A DNA stretch of 64,000 nucleotides, taken from positions 248,001 to 312,000 of the forward strand of contig MU057801.1 of NCBI GenBank assembly GCA_013265495.1, given 5' to 3'. Shown here one piece after another: positions 63,488-64,000 of this stretch. Positions within the stretch are counted from its first letter, which is position 1. Each line of letters opens with the position of its first letter. The translations under genes were made by a program, and so were the position numbers. The notes under the pieces are model-generated. The model worked only from the letters and a program-made list of their open reading frames with translations. It was not told the DNA's origin and made no database searches. This stretch comes from Vicugna vicugna (Eukaryota).

Positions 63488-63952
63488 CGGAGGTTAGGCC
63501 GAAACAGGGCCTCCCCAAAGGTCTCCCCATCCTAATCCCCGGGATGTGTACGTGTTACCTTAGATCTGGAAAAAGTGTGGTTCAGGATCTTGAGATTATC
63601 CTGGTTTATCTCAGGGTCCCTAAATGCCATTTCAAGTGTCCTGATGAGGGAGGCAGAGGGAGGTGACCCAAACAGAAGAGGGGGAGGCCGTGTGAGCACA
63701 GAGGCAGAGATCAGAGTGACGGAGCCACGGGGCGGGAAGTGCCAGCACCACCGTAAACTGCAAGAGATGGCGGTGGACCCTCCCCGAGAGCCTCCGGAGG
63801 GGCCGGGGCCCTGCCCGCCCCTTGACTGACTTCTGCCCAGAGATACTGATTTTGGACTGCTGGCTCCCAGGACTCGGGGAGAATACATTTCTGTTGTTTT
63901 AAGCCACCCAGTGAGCGGTCATTTGTTATAGCCGCCCTGGGAAACTAACACA
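63488..63952 (+). mobile_element. MLT1C/D-type MaLR LTR
   Basis: ccatcctaatccccggg...gagattatcctgg...atacatttctgttgttttaagccaccc...tttgttatagccgccctgggaaactaacaca. Confidence 0.88.
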
Positions 63953-64000
63953 GTTATGAAGAAGACCAAAGGGCCGGAGGAAAACCAAGGAAGGAAACGT

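Overview
Mammalian genomic DNA, most likely camelid: it carries several Vic-1-type tRNA-derived SINEs. The window holds the 5' part of CFAP61 (C20orf26) on the + strand. Seven coding exons (3194-3336, 15926-16076, 19339-19415, 20229-20296, 20641-20767, 29517-29649, 42702-42861; 859 nt) have GT-AG boundaries and splice into one open frame. The window starts in the tail of the CpG-island promoter shared head-to-head with CRNKL1 and ends inside a long intron. Introns hold LINE-1 (including a ~6.9 kb end-to-end degenerate copy with TSDs), L2, MIR, hAT MITEs, MaLR LTRs and a dense ERV1 LTR cluster at 48-57.6 kb. I found no prokaryotic-type system (CRISPR, operon) and no convincing novel protein-coding gene. 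The most notable signals are: (i) disabled counterparts of the human CRNKL1 long-isoform N-terminal exons; (ii) a local inverted duplication in intron 2; (iii) an RPL37 retrocopy with a microhomology-bounded internal deletion nested in the L1; (iv) repeated AT-to-GC-shifted patches inside old repeats, suggestive of GC-biased gene conversion; (v) tandem POU 'MORE' sites in a nested LTR. Gene and repeat family names come from recalled sequences, not database searches. Repeat boundaries without stated TSDs are approximate.
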